Shown: positions 52,166 to 64,000 of the stretch, piece by piece
Layout of the letters: the number at the start of each line of letters is the position of its first letter
Position numbering within the stretch: position 1 is the first letter of the stretch
Assembly (NCBI RefSeq): GCF_018350175.1
Contig: NC_058383.1
Span: forward strand, 15,006,001-15,070,000
DNA from: Felis catus
Lineage: Eukaryota
DNA: 64,000 nucleotides
Direction: 5' to 3'
The notes under the pieces: model-generated
Databases searched by the model: none
Told to the model about the DNA's origin: nothing
The model's input: the letters and a program-made list of their open reading frames with translations, nothing else
Translations under genes and position numbers: made by a program

Positions 52166-53457
52166 TTTGCTTTTACTCTTAATCAACACATTTACTTTCA
52201 GTGCCCAAGACGCCCAAGGGTAGAGGGTAAGGAAGGATCAGGGGAACAAACTTTGGTACCTGGAAGCCTACTACCGCTATAGCAAAAACTAGAAACACTG
52301 GCCTTGGGATTGAACCATAGGCAACAGCCGTGCCTTGAAAGACTGTTTTGAGTCAAAGCTGCCTCAGGATAATAATGTGACACATGGGAAGGTACCCAAC
52401 GAACTCATGTATCTGACAAGGGAGGTTTCCAAGTAGAACACAGAAAGGGCCAAAAGAGTTTTTCTGGATGCCTATGATAAAAGACAAGCACAGATGCGTT
52501 AAAGAAGACACTATTCTTTAGTAGAATTTAGAGGAAATGGAAAGAACCAGAACATGCTGGTTCATTCTAGCATCTCCGAGCAACAGTTTACAAATCTAGA
52601 GCAGTAAAATGTGGTCTCCGGATAAAGATTAAGTTAAGGGTGGGGCTATTAGATCCTTTAAGACCTCACGCATTTTTAAGGGCATTCGGGGAAGAGCTTC
52701 TAAGAATCTGAGCATGTGGGGAAGAGCTTCTAAGAATCTGGAGACATGGCCCCTTAGCACCCTCACCAGGAGCCGAAGAGAGAGAAGGACCTATTCTTAA
52801 AGAAATATGCAAGTCTGGCTTTTGTCTCCTGGATGAATTATAATTTGAAGCAAAGGAAGTCTTCAGTGGTGTAAAGAAAGTATACTAGCTTGGGACAGAA
52901 AGCGACAGAGACAGCACAAAAGGAAAGGAGACCGTTGGATCCACGATCCTCTAAAGGCAGCAAACAGGCTGCAAACATGTAAACAGGTTGCCGTTTTTTA
53001 TGGAAGACAGATGATGACTCAAGAGTGGAACCGAGAGTCCCAAAGTCCAAGGTGTAAAGGCAAGAGTCAAGGATCACTCCCAAGGGGTAGGACCAGGCCC
53101 CAGTTAAGGAACTAATGACGCATTCCAGCCGGATTTCCATGCTGCTCTGGATCAGTGACTGCTACGGAAAATAGCTTCCACATCCTCCCTTAGTGAATGC
53201 GATGCCTGTTACAGTTTCTGCCTCACCTGTGTACGTTGAGCATTTAAGCAAGAGCAGGGAGGGGTTCACAGATCTGCAGATGGAGAAGAACTTCACCCAC
53301 GGAGCCTCATCTACGCCTGAACCTGCTCTAGATGAACAGATCCAGGACCTCAAGCCTGAGCCTGAGCCTGAGCCTTAGGCCGGAGGAGATGAAACGTTTC
53401 GAAGCTTTTAGATGTTTCTGGGTGTCTTTCATGTAGGAATAATGTAAATAAATTTTT

Positions 53458-54172
53458 AGTATGGTGGATTAAATATGGCCACAAACGCTTTGATATTCCT
53501 CTTTTCAAGAGCTGGGATCTACATTGCCATACATCTCCCTTGAATCTGAACAGAATCTATTGCTTTTTAAATAGAATACGGAAGTTATTCTGTGCCCGTT
53601 TCCAGGCCTAGGACTAAAGACACTGCAAGCTTTCATTTCCTGGCCCTTGGAACACTCTCTTGGAGCCCAGAGTCACTCTGTAAGAAGCCCGGTTACATTT
53701 TGTGAGGCAGCCCAAGCTACCTGTGTAGAGAGGGTGTGTCAAGGGAGGGGGGAAGAAAAAAGAGAGAGAGAGGAAAGAAGGAATGAAGGAAGGGAGGGAG
53801 GGAGGGAGGGAGTGAGGGAGAAAGGAAGGAAGCAAAAGGAGGGAAGGAAGGAAAGAAGGAAGGAGAAAGTGAAAGGAAAGAAAGAAAGTGAGAGGAAAGA
53901 AGAGAAGGAAGGAAGAAAGGGAGGAAGGATGGAAGGAAGGATGGAGGGTAGGAAGGCAGGAAGGAAGGAAGACCTGGACAGTCTCCAACTATTCTAGCCC
54001 CTGCTGCAAGAGTCCTCCTAGCTGAGGCCCAAGATACTGTAGGGCAGAGACAAGCCATCTTCACTGTTCCCTGTCTCAATTCCTGACCCACAGACTAGAA
54101 GAGGGAGTAATAAAATGGTGGTGTAAGCCACTTCGTTTGGGAATGATTTGTTACGTGGCAGCAGATAACCCG
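53458..54172 (+). mobile_element. MLT1-type MaLR LTR with internal GA-rich expansion (~53740-53970)
   Basis: atggccacaaacgctttgatattcct...ttggaacactctcttggagcccag...aagccacttcgtttgggaatgatttgttacgtggcagcagataacc. Confidence 0.7.
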
Positions 54173-56036
54173 AATGATTTGCTACCTTGAAAAGAGTCCA
54201 GACTATGTTGTAAAGTGGGAAAAGCAAATTGTAAAATAACATACATGATACCACTTTTGAGAAAGAAAGCTTTGTATGTGGCATCCATATATACGCAATG
54301 TATCTGCACAGACTATGATTGTAATGCCATCTGTCACCTGACTAAAGAATCAATATTGGAGAGACTTCCACTTTTTAGATATGAATTATATACATGCTCT
54401 ACAACAAATATTTTTAATATCGGCTGTTTTTTTAATGAGGAAAACATGTCCTGCATTTATTTTATTTCGAAGAAGTAAATATGTAGTATATACCTACAAA
54501 ATGAATAACACACTCTACCCTTAAAAAAATAACCAAGGTTTACTCTATTACGGGCTTATTAATGGAAAGAGATTATATTGACGCTTATGCTGATAATTCT
54601 TTTAATATCTAGGATAAAGACAAATTCAAATTATCAACAAAGAAAAAAGAAGTCATCAGCAAAGGGAAAAAAATCAAGATTGGCTTCAGGAGTAACACTA
54701 GATCACAGAAGAAAAATGAACCCACAAACTTAGAAGGTAAAATGTTATCACCCAGAGTTAATTCATCCAGTGAGGTTGTTATCATGTATGAAAGTAAAAG
54801 AAAAATATTTTCCTAATGAAACAGGTGAGGGAAAAAATGGCTTTTTACTTTTTCTTTAAAAAAAAAATACTCAAAAACTTGTAAGGCTAAAAGGAAAGGA
54901 CTACCTCAAGGGATTTTGAGGTTTTGGGGCGTATCAGAGGCATAGAGAGAAAACGATCAGGTTTCAGCACTTCCGAGACAGCTAGGACCTGAGGGACAAA
55001 AATGCGTGGGAAAGAAACGCTCAGAAAAGTGAAAGCATCGGTCTGCTCTGCTTTCCCCCTAAAGAAAGGTGCCTCCTTTGAAGCTGTGTGGGGTGAGAGG
55101 TAAAGAAGAGAACCCCCAGTGACTAAGAGGGTACACCGTGAAGAAGACTATGCAGGAGTCTCAGGGGCCTGCAGAACAAAACTTGGAGGTCACAGCCTAC
55201 CAAGGAGGAAGGGGACTGATGAGCCCCCAGCGTTTCAGGCGAAGCTCTTGAAAGACTATCCACAAAGACAAAGGGCAGAGCAAAAGCCTTTGGAAAGTCA
55301 AGTCCATCTTCAGACTATCTCAATTATTGGTCAGCAAAAGGTGGTCTGCGTGTGTTCTGTCTGCCAGATGAGAATTTCAATCTCTCTGAGGGGACAGAAC
55401 AACACATAGAGACGCTATAATATATCATCTATAATAGCTGGCATTTAATCCAAAATTGCCTAGCATAGCAGGTGACAGGCAAATTAAGGAAAACTGGTGA
55501 AAAAAACAGACAAGAAAACCATAGGAGATCCAGATATTGGAGATGTAGAAATAATAAACAACCAAATTGAGATAAATTTTCAAGAAAATAAATGGTAAGA
55601 CAAAGAATTCACCAGGGAAGAACTAGAATGTATTTTAAAAACAGAATTAAATAATAATAATAATCATTAAATAACAAATATAATAGCTCACTAGATGTGC
55701 TTAAAGCAGATTCAACAAAACGAAAGAGATTGCTGAACTGTTCATTAGTTTGGTAGAAAATATACTACCAAAGAGAAGAAAGAATCAAAACTAGAAAAAA
55801 GAGCTTAAGAGACACATAGAATACGGTGAATAGACAAACATATAATTGAGGTTTGGAGAGAAAGAATGGGGTAGATGCAGTATTGGCTGAGAATTTTGCA
55901 AAACTGAGAAAGATATTGAGCCACAGATCCAGGAAATCTTCGAAACTCTAAGCAGGATATGTTCAAAGAAAGCCACACAGAGATAGTCATCATGAGACTT
56001 TCAAAAACCAAAGACAAAATATTAACAGAAGCCAGT

Positions 56037-56134
56037 CTCCCTCAGTCTGACTACTTCACTTAGCATAATACCCTTCAGGTCCATCCATGTTGTCACAAAT
56101 GACAGAGCCTCATCCTTATGACTGCATAATATTC

Positions 56135-56182
<48 letters not shown>

Positions 56183-57010
56183 CATCTTCCTTATACATTC
56201 ATCTAATGATGGACCCTTAGGTTGCTTCCATATCTCAGCTACTGTAAATAGTTCCACAATAAACATAGGGATGCAAATATCTTTTTGAAGTAATGTTTCA
56301 TTTTCTTTGGATAAATATCCAGCAGTGGAATTATTGGATCATATGGCATTTCTATTTTTAATTTTTTGAAGCATATCCATATGTTTTCCACAGTAGCTTC
56401 ACCTAAGAAATAAGTTGGACTGGGAAAGACAAACACCATATGACTTCACTCGTATGTGGAATCTAAAAATAATGATAAATAAACAAAAAGCAGAATCAGA
56501 CCTGTAAGTACAGAGAACAAACTGATGGTTGCTAGAGAGGAGAGGGAAACGGGGATGGGAAAGACGGATGAAGAGGAGTGGGATATACAGCTTCTGGTTA
56601 TGGAATGAATAAGTCATGGGAATATAAGACATAACATAATATAACATATAATATATAATATATAACATAGTCAATGATACTGTAATAGTGTTATATGGGG
56701 ACAGATGGTAGCTACACTTATGGGCATAGCATTGTGTATAAACTCGTTGAAGCACTATATTATACACCTGAAATTAATGTACTATTGTGTGTCAGCTGCG
56801 CTCAAATTAGGTCACAGGATAAAAAGTACAGCAAAGGGAATATAGACAATAATATTGTAATAATACTGCATGGTGAGATTGTAACTACATTTATGGTGAG
56901 CATCGTGTAATATATAAAATTGTGGAATCACTATGTTATACACCTGAAACTAATATGACATTGTATGTCAACTATACTTCAATTATAACATTCTTTTAAA
57001 AAAAAGAAAG
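56037..57010. mobile_element. 5'-inverted L1 (carnivore-type 3' end): minus arm ~56037-56400, plus arm ~56405-57010
   Basis: The minus arm is the reverse complement of the L1 segment immediately upstream of where the plus arm starts. A tail at ~57000. Imperfect TSD agaagccagt/aaaagctagt. Confidence 0.7.
56138..56181. repeat. (GT)n microsatellite
   Basis: Directly visible, inside the inverted L1 arm. Confidence 0.95.
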
Positions 57011-58624
57011 AAAAGCTAGTTCCTTTTTCCTTTACACACACGTGCACAACTTTCAAAAGAACAGCCAATGACATCTCAACAGAAATGATAAAAAGTGTAA
57101 CTTACAACCGTTGATATAATCTTTGGCATGCTAAAAGAATAGAACTGTACACCTAAAATTCTGAATGTGGTGAAAATACTCATTAAAAAGAAACCTGAGG
57201 AAGTTTTGCTTCTGAGCTAGTACCCGTCTTGCCCCCAACTGTTCATTAGAACGCTAGACAAAATATATGAATTCACTGTTTTCAATAATTGGACGACAGC
57301 CAGTACAGGACTCTGATCCATTTGAGAAGAGAAACAAATGAGATGAGCCCTACAATTGTCCAGCTTTCTGCCTGGAGGCATTTTTCTGTACCATTGTAAA
57401 GGAAAAAGAAACCAAAATGGAGCACAGTGGTCTCGTTGACTTGAGTAGATAGAGATCAGAGTTCATGGAGGCTTAGGCAGCTGGAATTTGTCAAGCAGAG
57501 AACTGAAGAGAGAGAGCTATGCACATAAAAGAGCTGAGAAAATCTTTCTAGGGATTATTTTGAGTTCCTGGTTAATAACTAAGATCTGCATGTATAGGAA
57601 AAATTCCATGTGGTCAGGCAAAGGTGGAGACCCACAAGTTGAACAATTTCTAGAGGTAATACAGAACTGGGAGGCATTCAAGTTCTGATGGACCCGAGTG
57701 GGGAAAATACCCGGGATTACAGTAGAGACTCCAGGTAGATTGCCCCTTAGTAGTTGGAATAAACTAGTATTAGGGTATTTTATTGCCCTCACAAAGCTTT
57801 AAAAACCATCAAAAGGGTCAAGCTAATTTTCAAGTAACTTAACCGCCTAACAAACAAATTTCAAAACTCCTAAGAACAACTGCAAAGTTCAGAGATTCTA
57901 CAATGTAACATTCACAGTGTCCATAGAAACAGAAGCAAAAATACTGGGAATGATGGAATTAGCAGACAAGGGCTTTCCTATAGCTGTCATAAATGTGCTC
58001 AAGGATTTAAAGAAAAATATAAACACAATGAAGAAAAGAATAGAAACTATTTTTAAGAAGCTAATGAAATTCTAGAGCTGAAAAATATAATATTTAATAA
58101 TAAAAGGTTACTGAGAGACTTAATATAAGATTAGATACCATAGAAAAAAAGAAAATGAACTTGAAAACACAGTAATAGAAACCAAAGCACAAGAAGAAAA
58201 ATGACTGACTTATAGGACAATATAAAGCAATCTAACATATGTTCGATTTTAATACATCAGGTGTGTGTGTATGGAGAGTAAATAAGGCAAAATGATTTGA
58301 ATAAATAATGGCTGAAATTTTCCAAATTTGATAAAAGCTATACATACACAGATCCAAGTGGCTTATGCACCTCAAGCAGGATAAAATGGAAAACCACACC
58401 ATGGTACATTATAACCAACTTGCTGAAATCCACTATCAGAGAAAATCTTAAAGCATCCAGAGGAAAAAGATACATTGTGTCAAGAGAACAGAGATAAGAA
58501 TCAACTAACTCCCTTTCAGAAATAATGCAAGCCAGAGGACAATGGAACAGCACCCTGACTATAAAAGACAACAAAAATATTCTTCTAATGTGAAAGTGAA
58601 ATTGAAACTTTTTAAAATATTCTT

Positions 58625-58797
58625 TTCTTTTAATTCTTTTATTTATTTTTGAGAGGGGGGAGGGGCAGAGAGAGAGGGGGACAGAGGATCCCAAGCGGAC
58701 TCTATGCTGACAGCAGAGAGCCCGATGTGGGCCTGGAACTCACAAAGCGTGAGATCATGACCTGAGCCAAAGACCAACAGAGCCACGCAGGTGCCCC
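58625..58797 (-). mobile_element. Can-SINE within L1
   Basis: Reverse head and tail. Confidence 0.8.
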
Positions 58798-60059
58798 GAA
58801 ATTAAGTTTTTTAGATAAACAAAAAGTAAGAGAATTTATACTTTCCAGGCTAAAGTAAAATGATAACAGATCAAAACTTAGGAATGAATAAAGCTAGAAA
58901 TGGATAAATATGTGAGTAAATGCAAGCAATTTTTTTTCTCATTTTTAAGTTTCTTTAAAAGATAGCTGCTTGTTCAAAGAAAAATTAATACGAATGTATT
59001 ATGGAACTTATATGTATAAAGTAAAACGTATACGACAAAAAAAGCACAAGAATATGGGAGGGAGGAAATAAAAGTGTATTGTTATAAAGTACTTAAATTA
59101 TTCATCAAATAATGTAATATGATTTGGTATTATACTGCTGTATGTTAAAGGTGCATACTGTAAATCCTAGAACAAAAAGAGATGGGGCAAATAATCTCAA
59201 ATGTAAGAGATAAAAGGGCATATTTGAAAAAAATTAATAGCAAAGAAGGCATGAAAAGAGGAAAAAGTGAACAAGGAACAAAACAGAAAAGAAACAGCAA
59301 GATGTCAGATTTAAACCTAAACCTATTGTGAATTACATGTAAAGAGTCTAATGCTACAATTAAAAGGCAGAGACCATCAGGCTAGATAAAACACAATAAG
59401 GCCCAATCATACACTATTTACAAAAAAAATGCTCTTTAAATATACAAATACATACACAAATGGGTTAAAAGTTTAAGGATGGAAAAATATCAGGAAAATA
59501 TTAATCATGAGAAAACTGGAACAGCTATATTAATGTCAGACAAGAAGTATGGCCCAAAATAAATAGGGTTAATTCATAATCATAAAGGATCAATTCATTA
59601 ATTCATTTCAATCAATTCATTTTGTAATTATAACAAAGTTTTAAAATACACGACGTACACCATATAAAGAAAACAACAAATGGGAAATTTTAACACACCT
59701 CCCTCAGTAATGAATCAAACATGTAAAGATATAAAAGACTTGTCAAACACTAGCAAATAACTCAACCAAATTAAATTTATAGAGCACTGCATTGACCACT
59801 AAGGATACAGTCTTCTCAAGCACACATAGACTGTTCATAAAAGACAGACTGTATGTTGAGCCACAGAACAATTCTCAATAAATTTAAAAGTACTGAGATC
59901 ATACAGAAAACACTCTCTGACTGCAATGGAAATAAATTGGAAATCAATAACAATAACACACCTGGAAAAATCTCCAAGTTTATGAGTAAAATACAGTATT
60001 GCATAATGCAGGAGTCAAAGAATAAATCACAAAGGAGGTTTAAAAATATTGCAAACCAG

Positions 60060-60282
60060 CGGCGCCTGGGTGGCGCAGTCGGTTAAGCATCCGACTTCAG
60101 CCAGGTCACGATCTCGCGGTCCGTGAGCTCGAGCCCTGCGTTGGGCTCTGGGCTGATGGCTCAGAGCCTGGAGCCTGTTTCTGATTCTGTGTCTCCCTCT
60201 CTCTCTGCCCCTCCCCCGTTCATGCTCTGTCTCTCTCTGTCCCAAAAATAAATAAACGTTGAAAAAAAAATTAAAAAAAAAA
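60060..60282 (+). mobile_element. Young SINEC_Fc-like copy within L1
   Basis: Near-identical to the copies at 20420 and 42947. Confidence 0.9.
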
Positions 60283-62219
60283 TTGCGAACTGAATGTAAT
60301 GAAAACACAATGTGTTAAAATTTGTGGGATACAGCGAGAACAGTGCTTAGAGGGAAAATTTTAGCTTAAAGGGCTTATTTTAGAAAAAGATGAAAGGTTT
60401 CAAACTAATTTTCTAAGGTTCCACCTTAAGCTGGAAAAAGAACATAGAAATAAATCCAAATAAAATAGGACAAAGGAAATAACAAAGAACAGAAATCAGT
60501 GAAATGAAAAATGGACAAACAATAGAGAAAAATCAGTGAAAATGTCAATAAAATTGATAAGTTTCTAAGCCAATTTAAAAGTATGGAGAAAGCATAAATT
60601 AGCAGATTAGACAAGATGAAAGGGGCTGTACTAAAGATCCGAAAGACACTGAAAATAACAAAAGAATATTATAAACAACTTTATTCCTAAAACATTGACA
60701 ACTAAAAAAGAAGAATTCTTTGAAAAACACAAATTAATAAAACAGATCCAAGAAGAGATAGAAAATCCAAACAATCCTGTATCTTTTAAAGAAATTTAAT
60801 TCATAATTAACAACCTAATTCCAAAAACAAAACCAAATTCCTTTATGCCCAGAAGACTACTCTGATGAACCCTAACAAATATTTAATGAAGAACAAATAT
60901 CAATCTTATAAAAACCTCTCATAAAATAAAGGGTGATGTATCTCAAGTCATTTTGAGGTCAGTGTTCCCCTATTGACAAAATCAGATAAAGATCTTACAA
61001 GAAAATAAAATGATTGTAAATGTCAAGGACTTAACAGTATATTACCAAACTAAACCCAGGAATGTAGAAAAAGAATAATACATCTTGACAAAATGGAGTT
61101 TTTCTCAGGCATGCAAAGTTGGTTTAAATTTTTAAAAATTAATTAGTATAATTTATCATATTCAGAGAAGAAAAAAATCATGATCATCCTAACGCATGCA
61201 TAAAAAGTACTTGACAAAATCCAATACCCATTCATGATGAAAACTTTCATAAAAGTAGGAATAGAAGGAAACTTCCTCAACTTGATACAGGGCATCTCTA
61301 AAAAAAACCTGTATCCTCCCAATGGTCAAAGATTGAATGCTGTCCCTGTAAAACCAGGAACAAGGCATCTTTGAACATTTGTTGGAGGCCTAGCCAGTGA
61401 AATAAGTTAATTAAAAGAAAGAAAATGCACACGGATCGATAAGGGCAAACATTTTATTCAAAGTCAACATGATCACATATGTAAAAAATCTTAAGGAATC
61501 TGTAAGAAAAGCTGTTAGAACTAATAAGTGACTTTAGAAAGTCAAAACCAAAAATCACAAAGAAGCAACTGGAAAATGAAATTTGAAAAATAGTACCATT
61601 CACAATAGCGTCAAGAACATGAAAATGTCAGGTATAAGTTTAACAAAATAAGTGGAAGATCTATATACTGAAAACGACAAAACACTGCTGAGAGGAATTC
61701 AAGATTAAAAATAAATGGAACTCTATAACATGTACTTGAATTGGAGTTCTGATGTATTTAAGATGTTAATGCTCCTGAAATTGATCTATGAGTTTAACAT
61801 AATCCAAATAAAAGTGCTAGACATAATTTTCTGCAGAATTTGACAAGCTGGTTCTAAAATTTGTATAAAAATGCAAAGGACAGATGATAGCCAAAACAAT
61901 TTCTAAAAAGAAGAAAGTGGGAAAGGACTACCTGATTTCAAGATTTAGTATCAAGTTAATCAAGAGAGTGTGGTTTTGGCAAAAGAATAGACCTACAGAT
62001 CCAAGGAACATAATAGATCAGGAGTAGATCTATACATATGTGATCACTTGATTTTTGACCAAAGTGCCAAGTTAATTCAATAGCAGAAAGGACAGTCGTT
62101 TCGTCAGATCATGCTGGACAATTGGTTTTTCATGTGCAAATGAATGATCTTTGATACTTACTTTATTCCATAAACAAAAATTCACTCAAAATAGATCACA
62201 GACCTAAACGTAAAAGCTA

Positions 62220-62635
62220 GGGGCGCCTAGGTGGCTCCCTCAGTTGTGTCTGACTCTTGATTTGGGTTCAGGTCATTATCTCACCATTTACAGGATCAAG
62301 CTCCAAGTCAGGCTAGAGCTAACGGTGCAGCGCCCACTTGGGATTCTCTCTCTCCCTCTTTCTCTGCTCCCAGCCCCACTTTCACGTGTGCACTCTCTAT
62401 CTCTCAAAATAAGTAAACTTTATTTAAAAAAATAAATGTGGAGTGCCCGGGTGGCTCGATTGGTTAAGCATCCAACTTCAGCTCGGGTCCTGATCTCATA
62501 GTTTGGGAGTTCAAGCCCCACATGGAGCTTTGCACTGACAGTGCAGAGACTGCTTGGGATTCTCTCTCTCTTACTCTCTCTCTGGCCCTTCCTCACTCAC
62601 TCTCTCTCCAAATAAATACATAAACGTAAAAAAAT
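62220..62635 (+). mobile_element. Two tandem Can-SINEs within L1
   Basis: Two heads and tails. Confidence 0.85.
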
Positions 62636-62848
62636 AAATCAATGTAAAAGTTAAAACCACAAAACCTTTATAAGAAAACATAGGAAAAAAATCTTTGCAA
62701 CCTTGAGTAAGTAGAAATTTCTTAAATAAGATGCAAAGAGCACAAATAATAAAAGAAAAATATTAATAATTTACTTCATCAAAATTAAAATCTTTTACTC
62801 TTCAGAAGACACCTTTGAAAAAACTGAAAAGACAAGTCGCAGAGAAAA

Positions 62849-63160
62849 TTATATACATATATACCTATACATAGGTACATATATACCTATATATAGGTAC
62901 ATATATATAGGTACATATATACCTATATATATGTAATATACATATATACCTATATATAGGTACCTATATAGGTACATATAGGTATATATGTATATTACAT
63001 ATATACCTATATATAGGTACCTATATAGGTATATATGTATATAGGTATATATGTATATAATTACGTATATATAATACACGCATGTATATATATGCTACTT
63101 ATAAAATACACACATATATATACTATTTATATATAAAGCATATATAATGCCATACATATC
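62849..63160. repeat. TA-rich degenerate microsatellite (TATAGGTA/TACCTATA units)
   Basis: Directly visible. Confidence 0.9.
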
Positions 63161-63324
63161 TGGAAAAGAACTTATATCAAGAATATGTCAAGAAATCTTG
63201 CAACTCAATAAAATGAAAATATACAACTTAATTTTTTTAATGGGCAAATGATTAGAATAACAAGATATACAAATGGCCAATAGCACATGAAAAAGTACTC
63301 AACATCAGAAGTTATCAGGGAACA

Positions 63325-63538
63325 GGGTGTGTGGGTGGCTCAGTGGGTTGAGCATCTGACTTCGGCCCAGGTCACGATCCCACACTTTGTAGGTTCGAGC
63401 CCCACGTCAGGCTCTGTGCTGACAGCTCGGAGCCTGGAGCCTGCTCCGGATTCTGTGTCTCCCTCTTTCTCTCCCATGCTCACACTCTGTCTCTCTGTCT
63501 CCCAAAAATAAATAACCATTTTAAAAAATTTAAAAAAA
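63325..63538 (+). mobile_element. Can-SINE within L1
   Basis: TSD agaagttatcagg. Confidence 0.9.
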
Positions 63539-64000
63539 GAAGTTATCAGGAAATTCAAATTAAAACAACAATGAAATGCTACCCATACAACCAGTAGAAT
63601 GGCTAAACTTAAAACACCTGACAATACTAAGTGTTGACAACAATGTACAGCAACTAAAACTCTCCTATAATGCTGTTGGGCATCTAAACAGTTCAACAAT
63701 TTTGAAAAACCGTTTAGCAGTTTTTTTATAAATGAAACACACAACTACCCTATGATTTAGCAATATCAGTTCTAGGTATTTTTCTTAGAGAAATAAAGTC
63801 CACAATATGACTTTCACATATGAATGTTCATAGCATCTTTCTTCACAACAGTTAAAAACCAGAAACAATCCAAATGTTTCTCAATAGGTGACTGGATGAA
63901 CAAATTCTGAAGTATACTCAGCAATTACAGGAATAAACTAGATCCCCACAACAGCATTAGTTGAATCTCAGAAACATCATTCTGGATGAAAGAAGCCATA

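Larger units (their letters stand above)
54600..64000 (+). mobile_element. Large decayed old L1 block (ORF1/ORF2/3' remnants) with nested SINEs, a younger L1 and simple repeats
   Basis: A-rich plus strand with L1 ORF2-like fragments (MLSHRTILNKFKSTEIIQKTLSDCNGNKLEINN; aaaatttgtgggatacagc...gtgcttagagggaaa; tttttgaccaaagtgccaag). No long ORF survives. Confidence 0.85.

Noticed and set aside
1..64000. CRISPR array, operon or other prokaryote-like novel system
   Set aside because: This is mammalian intronic DNA with no regularly spaced repeat-spacer array and no gene cluster. The recurring sequences are SINEs.

Overview
This window is mammalian genomic DNA from a carnivore, most likely a felid, judged by ~32 tRNA-derived Can-SINEs including young SINEC_Fc-like copies. 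It covers part of the 5' region of CALN1 (calneuron-1/CaBP8) on the minus strand. One 125-nt coding exon (7437-7561) encodes (W)EKMPFHHVTAGLLYKGNYLNRSLSAGSDSEQLANISVEELD. A CpG island (~47.2-49.3 kb) carries a perfect minus-strand splice donor at 48495/48494 and is inferred to be the promoter and non-coding first exon of the short isoform, ~41 kb upstream of the coding exon. The rest is intronic and repeat-rich: SINEs, L1/L2/MIR relics, MaLR/ERVL LTRs, two apparently intact solo LTRs, a decayed hAT-Charlie transposase, a 5'-inverted L1 and simple repeats. Nearly all other ORFs in the track are repeat- or GC-derived artefacts. I found no convincing new multi-gene system. The most interesting unexplained signals are a ~100-bp diverged non-coding duplication (38.7 and 42.3 kb), the uORF/open-frame layout of the CALN1 leader, a sense-oriented LTR with an intact poly(A) signal, and candidate CTCF and STAT motifs around the promoter. 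Repeat family names and boundaries are by eye from recalled consensus sequences and need RepeatMasker/Dfam confirmation.
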